A stretch of 64,000 nucleotides of DNA from Nanobdellota archaeon. Lineage in GTDB: Archaea > Nanobdellota > Nanobdellia > Pacearchaeales > GW2011-AR1. The notes below the pieces were generated by a model that did no database searches, was not told where the DNA came from, and saw nothing but the letters and a program-made list of their open reading frames with translations. This document shows, piece after piece, positions 1 through 12,516 of the stretch; positions within the stretch are counted from its first letter, which is position 1; the number at the start of each line of letters is the position of its first letter. The translations under genes and the position numbers were made by a program. Location: NCBI GenBank assembly GCA_030648285.1, contig JAUSIC010000011.1, positions 1,513-65,512 on the forward strand. Reading direction: 5' to 3'.

Positions 1-1
1 C

Positions 2-970
2 TTGAGTTTCTGGAAAGGATATGAAGAAAATAACAAAAAGCATAAAATTTTATTCGGAGTTTTTTTAGCTCTGGCTGTTTTATCGAGATACACTGCAATT
101 TGGATAATTCCGGTATTCTTTTTATATTTCTTGGCAAGAAATAAATCTCTCAAATTTTTGAAAGATAAATATCTGTGGTATTCTTGCTTGGCTTTTATTT
201 TATGTTTAGTTCCTTTGTTCATTTATGGAATAACTCATTACAATAATTTTCTTGGTGCTTTTATCCATGGATTCAAGGCAGCTCTTTATTCAGGTGGAAT
301 TCAGCCTTGGAATTTCTATTTTAATCATTGGTTTGAAATGTTTTTTGTTATTGGAATTGTTTTTGCAATAGGATTAATTTACATAGCTTATAAAAAAGAT
401 TTTTTCAAAAAAGAAATTTATTTTCTTTTAATCTGGTTTGTATTTTTTCTTGGAATGGCAGTTTACATGCCTCACAAAGAAGATAGATTTATCATAGCGA
501 TTATTCCTGTTATTGCTTTAATCTCTGGTTATTTCCTAGACAAGGTAAAAAAATACAAGAAATTAATTTTAATCGGAATTATTGTAACAAGTTTAATCTT
601 TTTATCAATTAATTTTAGTTCTGTTTACAGGAATACACATACAGACACATTCAGATGTTTCTTGGAAGCGAATAAATTCTTGAAAAATCAGGAAAATGCT
701 TTAGTCATAACAGATGAATCTCCTCTTATTTATCATTATTCAAAACAAGCAACGCATTTTTATCCAAATCCTTGGAGTTATGAATCATTGAAAAGTCTGA
801 TTGAAAATGATTATCCTGATAAGAATGGTTTTGTATTTTTTACAAATTTTGACATGCCTTTGGCTGATGAAGAACATAGGAAAATCAAGGAAGATTTAGA
901 TAAAAACCTCGAAAAGGTTTTTGAATGTGGAGAAGGAGAAGTTTTCTCGATTGTTTATAAGTTTAGTTAA
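2..970 (+). CDS. membrane glycosyltransferase, GT39/ArnT-like (5'-truncated at window edge)
   Basis: Multi-TM N-terminal part followed by a soluble C-terminal domain; the topology is reminiscent of PMT/ArnT-type glycosyltransferases. The ORF starts at window position 2. Confidence 0.4.
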   Translation: MSFWKGYEENNKKHKILFGVFLALAVLSRYTAIWIIPVFFLYFLARNKSLKFLKDKYLWYSCLAFILCLVPLFIYGITHYNNFLGAFIHGFKAALYSGGIQPWNFYFNHWFEMFFVIGIVFAIGLIYIAYKKDFFKKEIYFLLIWFVFFLGMAVYMPHKEDRFIIAIIPVIALISGYFLDKVKKYKKLILIGIIVTSLIFLSINFSSVYRNTHTDTFRCFLEANKFLKNQENALVITDESPLIYHYSKQATHFYPNPWSYESLKSLIENDYPDKNGFVFFTNFDMPLADEEHRKIKEDLDKNLEKVFECGEGEVFSIVYKFS

Positions 971-1008
971 GGAAAAAAGTTTAAAAATAGATTTCATATC
1001 AAAATCAA

Positions 1009-1263
1009 ATGGCAAGAAATTATCAAAAAAGAGTACTAACATACCGCGTTGAGTTACAACATTTTTCTGGAAGAAAAGAAGAAATACATTTTAATGGAGA
1101 AAATAAAGAACAGGTAATTGAAGAGGCTGTAGGACATACTTCGAGAAGAATAAGAGTTCAACTGCTTCCATCTGATATCATGATAATTGGGGTTTACAGA
1201 ATACCCAGAAATTTGTTAAAAAAACCCATAAGATTTTCCCAAACTGTCGAAGATAAAGTTTAA
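1009..1263 (+). CDS. hypothetical protein
   Basis: 84-aa ORF with coding-like composition and no recognisable motif. Confidence 0.3.
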   Translation: MARNYQKRVLTYRVELQHFSGRKEEIHFNGENKEQVIEEAVGHTSRRIRVQLLPSDIMIIGVYRIPRNLLKKPIRFSQTVEDKV

Positions 1264-1287
1264 AAGTAGATTAGTTCTTGAAAAAAC

Positions 1288-1509
1288 ATGATAGAATTAT
1301 CAAAACCAAAATTCAAACTTCGAAAAGAAGATTTTCGTCCATATCATGGAGCTCTCAATTATTGGAACAGAAATCAAGAGAGAAGTACATCATTTGGAGT
1401 TGAACTCAGAGGATATTTTCTTACAGGTTATAATGCTTTTCTTATAGGAGCACCAATTGGCTTCGCTATTCTTGGAGCAATAAAAGGAATAGAGGCTTTA
1501 GTAAAATAA
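1288..1509 (+). CDS. hypothetical protein
   Basis: 73-aa ORF with no recognisable motif. Confidence 0.3.
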   Translation: MIELSKPKFKLRKEDFRPYHGALNYWNRNQERSTSFGVELRGYFLTGYNAFLIGAPIGFAILGAIKGIEALVK

Positions 1510-1744
1510 TTCTGTTTCTCGTCGCAAGGTTTAAATACTCTTTTTAGCAAAAAACTATAATTAAATTGTAAAATTTAAGCATAAAATCGTAAAACAAAAT
1601 TTCAATCATACTCAACTATCAAATGATAGTCGTGGTGCGGCATTCTGCATGTCGTATCATTTTGAGAACTTAATGTTCAATGAAATAAGCACAGAGATTT
1701 TCCCACTATAATATAAAATATAATTAATTCTTAGCAAACAAACT

Positions 1745-4905
<3,161 letters not shown>

Positions 4906-5291
4906 AAGCCTTAATAAATAGTTTTTTGCTATAATAAAAAGAATTTGTTAAATTTCACTTCGTGAGAAAATCTAACCATCTTAATCGGTGGTGAACTGTG
5001 CTTATTTTATGAAGACGGGGAATTCTAAGAAATTGTTAATGTATACTGAGGTCTTTTGTCGCTTGGTAAAACTTGATTTAATCGTTTAAGTTGAACAAAC
5101 GTGTCAATGAACCACAATGGAGATTAATTATTCTTAGGATATTTTTTGTTCAACTCTTTTCTTGCTTCTTCAATTGTGACACATCCTTCTTCATTAAACA
5201 TAAAATCATGAAATTTTTTTCTAGTTTCCTCTTCAGTTATTTTTTGTTTTTGTTTTGTCATTTTATTAATTATTTTGTAGGGTGTCCACAT

Positions 5292-6221
5292 TCACTTATT
5301 TTTATTTTTTGTAGTCACCTTTCTTAATGTCTTGTTGTATTGTTTTATTAAAAATTTAACTGTTGGTTTAAGATTGTGTTTTTTGGAATACTCTTGCAGA
5401 GATAGATAATATTCTGCTCTGTCTTCTAACTTTATATTTATAGGAGGATATTTATTTTTTAAAAGTATAAAATTCAACAGCAATCTGCCAACTCTTCCGT
5501 TCCCATCCTGAAACGGATGGATATGCTCAAATTGATTGTGAATTATTGCAGCCAAAATCAGTGGCTTGAACTTTTTTTTATTTTTAATATACCAGTTTAT
5601 CAAATCAGTTAGTTCTTCATTTAATTCAGAAACAGGCATCCCTACATGAGTAATCTCTCCTTTGGAATTTTTTATAACAACTTCAACATTTCTAAATTGG
5701 CCAGCAAAAGGTTTTGAATCTTCAAAGCATATTTTATGGATCTTTTTTATTAATTCCAAGGATAATTGTTCTTTTGTTTCTCTGATAAATTTAACTGCTA
5801 TTGCAACTCCTTCTGTTTCTTCCTCTTCTGAACCAGACACTCTCTTTTTCTTTTCTAATATTTCTTTAACTTCATCTAATTGAACTGTTGAACCTTCTAT
5901 TGCATTTGTATTATAAACAAAATCTTCTGTGAATCTTTTCCAATTAAACCTCTCTAAATGATGAATTTTTATTTTTCCTTCATATTCATTAAGTTTTTTT
6001 ATTTGGTTTTCTGAAAGAGAAAAATTGAATAGTTCTGTATTAGATTCTTCGATAATTTCCAAGATAACGCTTTCAGTTATTTTTCTTCTTTTTTCTAATT
6101 CTTTTGGGGAGAGATTTAATCCAAGATAGCGCCTTATTTTTTTAATTTCTTTATTCTCCCTATAAGAATGAACAAGATAATATTTTATGCTCTTTCCAAA
6201 TTTTCTTTTTTCTATATACAT
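5292..6221 (-). CDS. fic: Fic/DOC family protein (putative AMPylase)
   Basis: Canonical Fic motif HPFQDGNGRVGRLLLNFIL. Confidence 0.85.
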   Translation of the reverse strand: MYIEKRKFGKSIKYYLVHSYRENKEIKKIRRYLGLNLSPKELEKRRKITESVILEIIEESNTELFNFSLSENQIKKLNEYEGKIKIHHLERFNWKRFTEDFVYNTNAIEGSTVQLDEVKEILEKKKRVSGSEEEETEGVAIAVKFIRETKEQLSLELIKKIHKICFEDSKPFAGQFRNVEVVIKNSKGEITHVGMPVSELNEELTDLINWYIKNKKKFKPLILAAIIHNQFEHIHPFQDGNGRVGRLLLNFILLKNKYPPINIKLEDRAEYYLSLQEYSKKHNLKPTVKFLIKQYNKTLRKVTTKNKNK

Positions 6222-6530
6222 AATATATTATAGGTGTCCACATTTATAAAAGTTTGTATTTTGTGGGCACCTGAGGATTATAAAAACCTATTTCTTTCCC
6301 TTTCCAAACAATTCCCTCTGATTAATTATCATGCACACGACAGCACCAACAATAAACATCCAATAAACAAATATTGCAAGGGCTAGGAAGCCGATGGCGA
6401 GGAGGGAGAGGAGAACGACTTTGGGGGATTTCATGATGATTTATAGAAGAAAGGGTTAATGTATATTGTGGTTCATTGACATCTTGTTTAATTTATAATT
6501 GACGTTTGGGAATTAAAATAATTACCCCCC

Positions 6531-7076
6531 TTATTGAATTTGAAAAGTATAGTCTTTGTCATCAATTTTAACATGAAGTTTTATTGTTCGATTGTTACTT
6601 TGGCTTTTTGATTCACCGATTTTTTTAACAATTAAATATGCTAACTTTGTTAAGCATGCCATCTCAAATTTTAAGAATGGATATTTTCTAACTAATTTTT
6701 CTAATTCATTTGGATTTTCATTTCTTTCATCCCAGTTAATAGTTATATCTCTCATTCGATTAATTATTTTTTCTTTTGGTAGCTCTAATTCATGAGCATA
6801 TTCGTTCCTAATTTTTCTAAGAGTATCTAATACATTATATTCATCAAGACTAATAATTCCTAAGTCATGTAGAGATTTTAACTTTATATCTTGGTTTAGA
6901 TTATTCTTCGGAATCATTTTCATTTTGATAGTTTTATTCTCAAACAAATAATTAATAGCATATTCTGCATAGAGGCCTATTAATAAAACAGCATATCTAT
7001 CATTTTTAACAAAGTTTTTACTATGGAGTTCATTTAATAAATCAATAAATTTTTCCCATTCAGTTTTCTCTTCCAT
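6531..7076 (-). CDS. HEPN-motif protein (putative RNase), operonic with Cas4-like nuclease
   Basis: LRKIRNEYAHEL contains an R-x4-H HEPN-type motif. The start codon abuts the stop of the upstream nuclease gene. Confidence 0.4.
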   Translation of the reverse strand: MEEKTEWEKFIDLLNELHSKNFVKNDRYAVLLIGLYAEYAINYLFENKTIKMKMIPKNNLNQDIKLKSLHDLGIISLDEYNVLDTLRKIRNEYAHELELPKEKIINRMRDITINWDERNENPNELEKLVRKYPFLKFEMACLTKLAYLIVKKIGESKSQSNNRTIKLHVKIDDKDYTFQIQ

Positions 7077-7724
7077 TTATACCCCCTCACACCACACACA
7101 CTTCTTATCAGGACATTCCCCTTCCAATAACTTTAATGCTTTCTTCCAGATTTTTTCAGCATTGGAGACATCAACTTTCATTTTCTTTAATGTTGTATCA
7201 AAAATAACTTCTCCTGTAGCCATTACTTCTTTAGGAACATAAAACAACAAAAATGAGAAATCTTCTGTTTGATAATCATTTTTTCTTAACAAGAAATTAT
7301 AAATGTCCAATTGATTTTGATAATGCTCGTGAGTGTCTTCTTTTAATGCAAATCCACGTGTTTTATAATCAAGAACAATTATCTTTTTTCCTTTCACCAA
7401 GAGATTATCAATTGCTCCATGAAGAATATTTCCTTCCTTGTCTTTCCAAGATATTCCCTTGAAATTATTTCTCCATGTCTTTAACTTTTCTTCATCATCA
7501 AACAATTTCATTTTCACACATTCTCCATTACTGCATAATTCTGGAGGAAGTTCTCCTTTTCTCATGAACTTGTCAAAGTGTGTTTTCAATATGCCGTCCA
7601 TTCCACTTGGCAAACTTGGAAATATTCCCGATGGACGCTTCCATACTTTGTGTTGTGTCAGCCAGAAACATCTCGGGCATTCTTCCATTAGGGAAAGTGA
7701 GGAGGGGGAGAGTTTGGAAACCAT
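7077..7724 (-). CDS. Cas4-like / RecB-family PD-(D/E)xK nuclease with predicted 4Fe-4S cluster (DUF83-like)
   Basis: N-terminal SPSSLSLMEECPRC matches Cas4 motif I with a Cys. It also has ILHGAIDNL, VLDYKT (the D/ExK), the RecB-family Q..Y motif YQNQLDIY, and C-terminal CPDKKCVWC, which would supply three Cys ligands. Confidence 0.65.
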   Translation of the reverse strand: MVSKLSPSSLSLMEECPRCFWLTQHKVWKRPSGIFPSLPSGMDGILKTHFDKFMRKGELPPELCSNGECVKMKLFDDEEKLKTWRNNFKGISWKDKEGNILHGAIDNLLVKGKKIIVLDYKTRGFALKEDTHEHYQNQLDIYNFLLRKNDYQTEDFSFLLFYVPKEVMATGEVIFDTTLKKMKVDVSNAEKIWKKALKLLEGECPDKKCVWCEGV

Positions 7725-7816
7725 AGAAGAGAAAGGGGAGGGGAGTTTTTAAAAATATTGAGATATCAAGAATTAGGTTTCTATTAAATTGTTAGCACAT
7801 CTTTTTAAAGAGAGAG

Positions 7817-8320
7817 ATGTTATTTTTTTATATTAAAATGAAAAAGATGATGATAGATACAAGTATAATTTTAGAACCATTTACGCCAGAAAATAAAAAA
7901 GGTCCAAATTATAAACGAAGATGCTTGGCATTACTTAAAAACGATATTGTATACTTCAAGAATAATTTTTTACCGGTTATCTCTCTAAGTATATTGGGAG
8001 AATTACATGGTATAATCAATGAGAAAAAAATATCTTGGAAGAAAGAGACAATGAATGAAATAATCAATGAATTTTTTGGAAATTGTTTAACTGTAGGAAT
8101 AACAAGAGAATCTATAGACATGGCAAATTGCATATTAAAATCTGATGAACGTTTAGATCCATTAGATATCTTACATTTATCTTGTGCTATTTGTAATGAT
8201 TGTGAAACATTTATGACTTTAGATTCTGAATTAATAAAAAGCGAATTTTTAAGAAAATTTATTAAAGAAAGAGAATTTTATCTAACTCCATTTAACATAC
8301 ATGAAAATAAAGATAGATAA
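7817..8320 (+). CDS. PIN-domain protein (VapC-like nuclease)
   Basis: N-terminal MMIDTSIIL is typical of the PIN first acidic motif. Further Asp residues occur at LDPLDILHL. Confidence 0.5.
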   Translation: MLFFYIKMKKMMIDTSIILEPFTPENKKGPNYKRRCLALLKNDIVYFKNNFLPVISLSILGELHGIINEKKISWKKETMNEIINEFFGNCLTVGITRESIDMANCILKSDERLDPLDILHLSCAICNDCETFMTLDSELIKSEFLRKFIKEREFYLTPFNIHENKDR

Positions 8321-8638
8321 TTATTCTTGTTTTAAAATAGCACCACTAGTAGTTAACACTAGTTTTTTCATTTCTTTTTCTTTTTCTTTGTCTAGTTTAA
8401 ATTCAATAAACAATATATGATCTTCATATTTCATAATCATATCTGGTTTTTTTATTTCTTCTTTCATTAGAATTCACCCCTTCTCTTTTTCATATAAAAG
8501 TATAGTTTTGAGATTTATAAATATTTTACTTTTGTAAACATTATTTTAACCTTTTTTGTTAGTTATTCGGTATAACTTGTAAACAATTTAAATTTTTAAG
8601 ATAAATATCTTTTTTAAGATTCTATTCTATGTTATCTC

Positions 8639-9321
8639 ATGAAGATTAAAGACTTACCCGATTCTTCTAAACCAAGAGAAAGATTTCTTAAATTTGGTCC
8701 AGAAGCTCTAAGTGATGCGGAATTATTCGCAATATTATTAAGGACAGGAACAAGAGAAAAAAAGGACAAAAAGGAGAAAATGTAATTGAAATGTCTAATC
8801 GACTTATTAATGAATATGGATTAGATAAACTTCTTGAATGTTCATTAATGGAATTACAGAAGATTAATGGGATTGGACCTGCAAAAGCAATGCAGATATT
8901 AACAATTGCAGAAATTCAAAAAAGAATTAATCAATCAAAAAAACCTATAAAGAGAATATCTTGTGCCCAAGATGTTTTTGATATTTTCCATGATAAGCTG
9001 AAAGATGAAAAGCAAGAAAATTTCTATATTTTAATGTTAAATAATAAAAATTATATTATTGGAGAGCAATTAATCAGTAGAGGAATTTTAGATTCTGCAA
9101 TTATCCATTCAAGAGAAGTTTTCAAACCAGCAATTAAAAATTCAGCAAGTAGAATTATTTTGGTGCATAATCATCCTTCTGGAAATCCCGAACCTAGTTC
9201 TGAAGACTTAGAAGTTACAAAACAAATAGTTGAAGCAGGGGAATTAATTGGTATAAAGGTTTTGGATCATGTTATTATTGGAGAGGGGAAGTGGTGGAGT
9301 TGGGAGAAGAGCAAGAATTAA
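8639..9321 (+). CDS. radC: RadC-like JAB/MPN protein, split by a frameshift in an A-run (N-terminal 8639-8785; C-terminal ORF 8791-9321)
   Basis: The upstream frame encodes [40 protein letters not shown], a RadC N-terminus, then stops. The C-terminal ORF has the HhH stretch [16 protein letters not shown] and the JAB motif [21 protein letters not shown]. Shifting frame restores GENVIEM continuity. Confidence 0.7.
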
Positions 9322-10079
9322 TTCGAAATAGCGTATATTTTTTTGAAACTATTAAACAATTCTTGTATCTCCAAAAAGTGTTCATTATTTGATAATTTAT
9401 TAATTTCAAAATTCAAACAAAATTCAATGTCTTTATTTGAGAAATAACTTAGTTTAATTAAAATTTCTTCTATTTGCTCATTATCATCTGGGTATTCTCT
9501 TTCTTCTTTATTCCAATTTTCTAATAAAAATTTTTCAAAACAAAGCAAGATTATTGGTTTAGAAAATTCTTCTATTTCTTTAATATAATCTAAAATATCG
9601 TTGATCTTCTCATCTAAGGTATCTTCACTAATGAAAGTAATATTCCCTGAAGAATGAGCTATATTGTTTCTTATTTCAACCAATTTTTTATAGTTACCAA
9701 TTTTGCAATTGTCACAATTAATTAATTTAAAATATCTCAAAATAACTTTTTCGTCAATTAAACTAAACTTAAACGGGTTATCTCCTCTTAAGAGAGCATC
9801 CTCATGTTCTTGTTTATTAAAACCTATAATTGTCTTATCAAAATCTTCTCTTTTATTTTCTCTTATTTGCCAGATGTCAAAGTAAACAAAACACATAAAT
9901 AACATATGAAAAGCCAAAAAAGCAAATTGATATTTTCTATTTTTATAATTTGATTCAAATGTTTCTTTTAAAAAATTTATATAGTCTCTTTCGGGTTCAT
10001 TCTTAAACGATAGAGGTAAATAATCAAAGATTTCATAAGAATCTTCAATCATTTTTATCTCCTTCACCCCAAACTTCAC
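9318..10079 (-). CDS. HEPN/Abi-like protein (possible abortive-infection component) at the 3' end of the type I RM operon
   Basis: LVEIRNNIAHSSGN fits an R-x4-H HEPN motif of the Abi_2/AbiD type. It overlaps the hsdMS 3' end by 35 nt. Confidence 0.4.
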   Translation of the reverse strand: MKFGVKEIKMIEDSYEIFDYLPLSFKNEPERDYINFLKETFESNYKNRKYQFAFLAFHMLFMCFVYFDIWQIRENKREDFDKTIIGFNKQEHEDALLRGDNPFKFSLIDEKVILRYFKLINCDNCKIGNYKKLVEIRNNIAHSSGNITFISEDTLDEKINDILDYIKEIEEFSKPIILLCFEKFLLENWNKEEREYPDDNEQIEEILIKLSYFSNKDIEFCLNFEINKLSNNEHFLEIQELFNSFKKIYAISN

Positions 10080-12516
10080 TTATTTTATCCTTAATCTTTT
10101 TCTCAAAAATTTCAATAAGTTTTTTATTTGAATCAACAAGTTTTTGTTCTTCTTCAATATTTGCCGCAATTTGTTTTTGAGTCTCTAATGAAGGTAAAGG
10201 AATTTTAACTTTTTTTACAAGTTCGCTATTTAAATTTCTTACGACTCCTCCAGTTGCAGCATTTTCAAATTGTTGTATTACAAAAATAGAACCGAGTGTA
10301 TGATAAAAGTAGTTTTTATCTATTTCTTTTTCGTTTATACGAAGTAACAGCCAACCATCATGGATACATCCAGAAGTCTTCATTATATATGGTTTCCCAA
10401 AACTCATAGAATTAGACAGTATAAAATCTCCATCATGTACTGCTCTCGATTTTTTAGCCCCTTCTGGAGTTATTTTTTCTTTAGTTTCTGATATGTATTT
10501 TGTGGCATTTTTAGTATCCCCAATTTTAATCCAATTTACTCCGTTTTTACTTTCAGTTATATATTCATCGATTGGTCTTGGAGAAGCCCCCCGCTCTATC
10601 TCACAAATAGATCTAATCTCAACCATCTCCCAATTTGGATCAATCTTAAAACTGGGTTTATAATTATCAACAACTTCTCTGGCTCCGTCAATTATTTTCT
10701 GATAGCTCTCAAGTTCTTCAACAGTTTTTTCTTGAACTTCTAAAGGTGGAAACGGAACTTTAACCTTCTCTATTTGTTTTGTGGAAATATGTTTAACAGT
10801 TACTGCCCAAGTATTTTTTTCTATTTCTTTCAACGGTTTTTCTAAATTAAGATTAATCCATTCTTTTGAACACTTTTTAAAGTTAGATAATTTACAAACT
10901 CGCTGATTTAGTAATGCTTTTCCTCCATTCCAAACAACATGATTAAATTCTCCATCCATTCCAATTATTAGGTCCCCATTATCTATAAGATACTTTTTAT
11001 CGTATTCCCCAGAATATTTTGTTTCTGTAGAATTTGTTTTTATGTCTCTTATTCTGATTAATGGAAAACCTTCTTGAGGATTGAATAATTTCGAATCAAA
11101 TGCGTACCCTGAAAGAATTTCACAAACATCTCCTAATTCAACCAAAGGCCAATTTCCAGAATAAACTTCTTGCTTTCTATATCTATCTTGGCTTAGATTA
11201 AAATCTCCTGCAAGTTCGTCTTTTTCTATGATTAAAGCATTTCTTTTTTCTAATTCATTCAACTCGAACTCTTTTCCATTTTTAATCGCATCTTTGTATC
11301 TTTTAATTATTTCCAATGCTATTGGCAAATCGCTACCAGAAACCTCTCTTCTTTGAGCACCCAAACCATATCCATCGTTCTCAATTTTAACAAATAAAAT
11401 TTTTTTTGTTTTCTTTACAAGAGATTTATCTAATAATAAAACAGATGTCTTAACACCAGAATAGGGGTTAAATACTCCCGCGGGGAGAGAAATAACTGCA
11501 TAAAGAGAATTTTCTAAAAGCATTTTTCTTAAATCTTTATAAGCATTTCCTGATTGAAATATAATTCCTTCTGGAACAATAATCCCTGCTCTTCCTTGAG
11601 AAGTTAAATGTTCTGAAATATAATCAACAAATAAAACTTCTGAACGATTCGCTTGAACTGAGAATCTCTTATGTGGTTTTATTCCCCCTTTGGGAGTCAT
11701 AAAGGGGGGATTTGCCATTATTACTTCAAATTGGTCATTCCATCTTTCTTCTGAAGTTAAAGTATCATATTCAAAAATTTTAGGATCAGGAAACCCATGA
11801 AGATAGAGATTCACTAATGAAAGTCTAACCATATCTGGAGAAATATCATATCCAACAAAATTATTAATTAGTCTTCTTTTTTCATCCGGAGTTAGAGTTA
11901 TTTTTCCATTTTCGTCTTTATATTTATTAAGAATATGCTTGTAAGCTGAAATCAAAAAACCCGCTGTTCCACAAGCAGGATCTAAAACAGATTCATTTTT
12001 GTCTGGATCAATAGTTTTGACAATAAAGTCGATTATATGTCTTGGTGTTCTGAATTGTCCAGCATCTCCCTGTGATCCCATAACAGAAAGAAGATATTCA
12101 AAAGCGTCTCCTAGTTTTTCTGAATTATCATAATTAAACCAATCAATTTCCTTAAGGAAACTCTTAAGAGTTTCTGGATCTCTATACGGAAGATAGGCAT
12201 TTTTGAAAATATCTCTAAATAGTTGGGGGATATTCTTGTTTTGATTCATTTTCAAAAGAGATTCATTATAATAACTAATTAACTCATGTCCGGATATTTT
12301 TGGACTAACTAAATTACTCCAAGAATATTTTTCAAATTCTCCAGTAAAAAATTTAGGTTTTCCCCCAAGCTCTTCAGACTGCTTGTCCATATCATCCATA
12401 AATTTGTAAATTAAGGCAATAGTAATCTGTTCAATCTGAGATTTTGGATCAGGAAGTTTTCCAACTAAAATATCTCTACAAGTATCAATTTTTCTTTTGG
12501 TTTCGGAATCTAACAT
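10045..12516 (-). CDS. hsdMS: type I restriction-modification HsdM methyltransferase fused to HsdS specificity subunit with two TRDs
   Basis: N6-adenine methyltransferase motifs DPACGTAGFLISAY and IMANPPF are in the first roughly 450 aa. The C-terminal roughly 370 aa carries two TRD-like repeats, each with a conserved LGDV-type segment: VELGDVCEILSG and MVEIRSICEIERG. Confidence 0.8.
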   Translation of the reverse strand: MLDSETKRKIDTCRDILVGKLPDPKSQIEQITIALIYKFMDDMDKQSEELGGKPKFFTGEFEKYSWSNLVSPKISGHELISYYNESLLKMNQNKNIPQLFRDIFKNAYLPYRDPETLKSFLKEIDWFNYDNSEKLGDAFEYLLSVMGSQGDAGQFRTPRHIIDFIVKTIDPDKNESVLDPACGTAGFLISAYKHILNKYKDENGKITLTPDEKRRLINNFVGYDISPDMVRLSLVNLYLHGFPDPKIFEYDTLTSEERWNDQFEVIMANPPFMTPKGGIKPHKRFSVQANRSEVLFVDYISEHLTSQGRAGIIVPEGIIFQSGNAYKDLRKMLLENSLYAVISLPAGVFNPYSGVKTSVLLLDKSLVKKTKKILFVKIENDGYGLGAQRREVSGSDLPIALEIIKRYKDAIKNGKEFELNELEKRNALIIEKDELAGDFNLSQDRYRKQEVYSGNWPLVELGDVCEILSGYAFDSKLFNPQEGFPLIRIRDIKTNSTETKYSGEYDKKYLIDNGDLIIGMDGEFNHVVWNGGKALLNQRVCKLSNFKKCSKEWINLNLEKPLKEIEKNTWAVTVKHISTKQIEKVKVPFPPLEVQEKTVEELESYQKIIDGAREVVDNYKPSFKIDPNWEMVEIRSICEIERGASPRPIDEYITESKNGVNWIKIGDTKNATKYISETKEKITPEGAKKSRAVHDGDFILSNSMSFGKPYIMKTSGCIHDGWLLLRINEKEIDKNYFYHTLGSIFVIQQFENAATGGVVRNLNSELVKKVKIPLPSLETQKQIAANIEEEQKLVDSNKKLIEIFEKKIKDKISEVWGEGDKND

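Noticed and set aside
8331-8470. 46-aa minus-strand ORF (MKEEIKKPDM...) as the antitoxin partner of the PIN gene.
   Set aside because: It is convergent with the PIN gene, not co-oriented, and has no recognisable antitoxin fold. It is mentioned only as a possibility.
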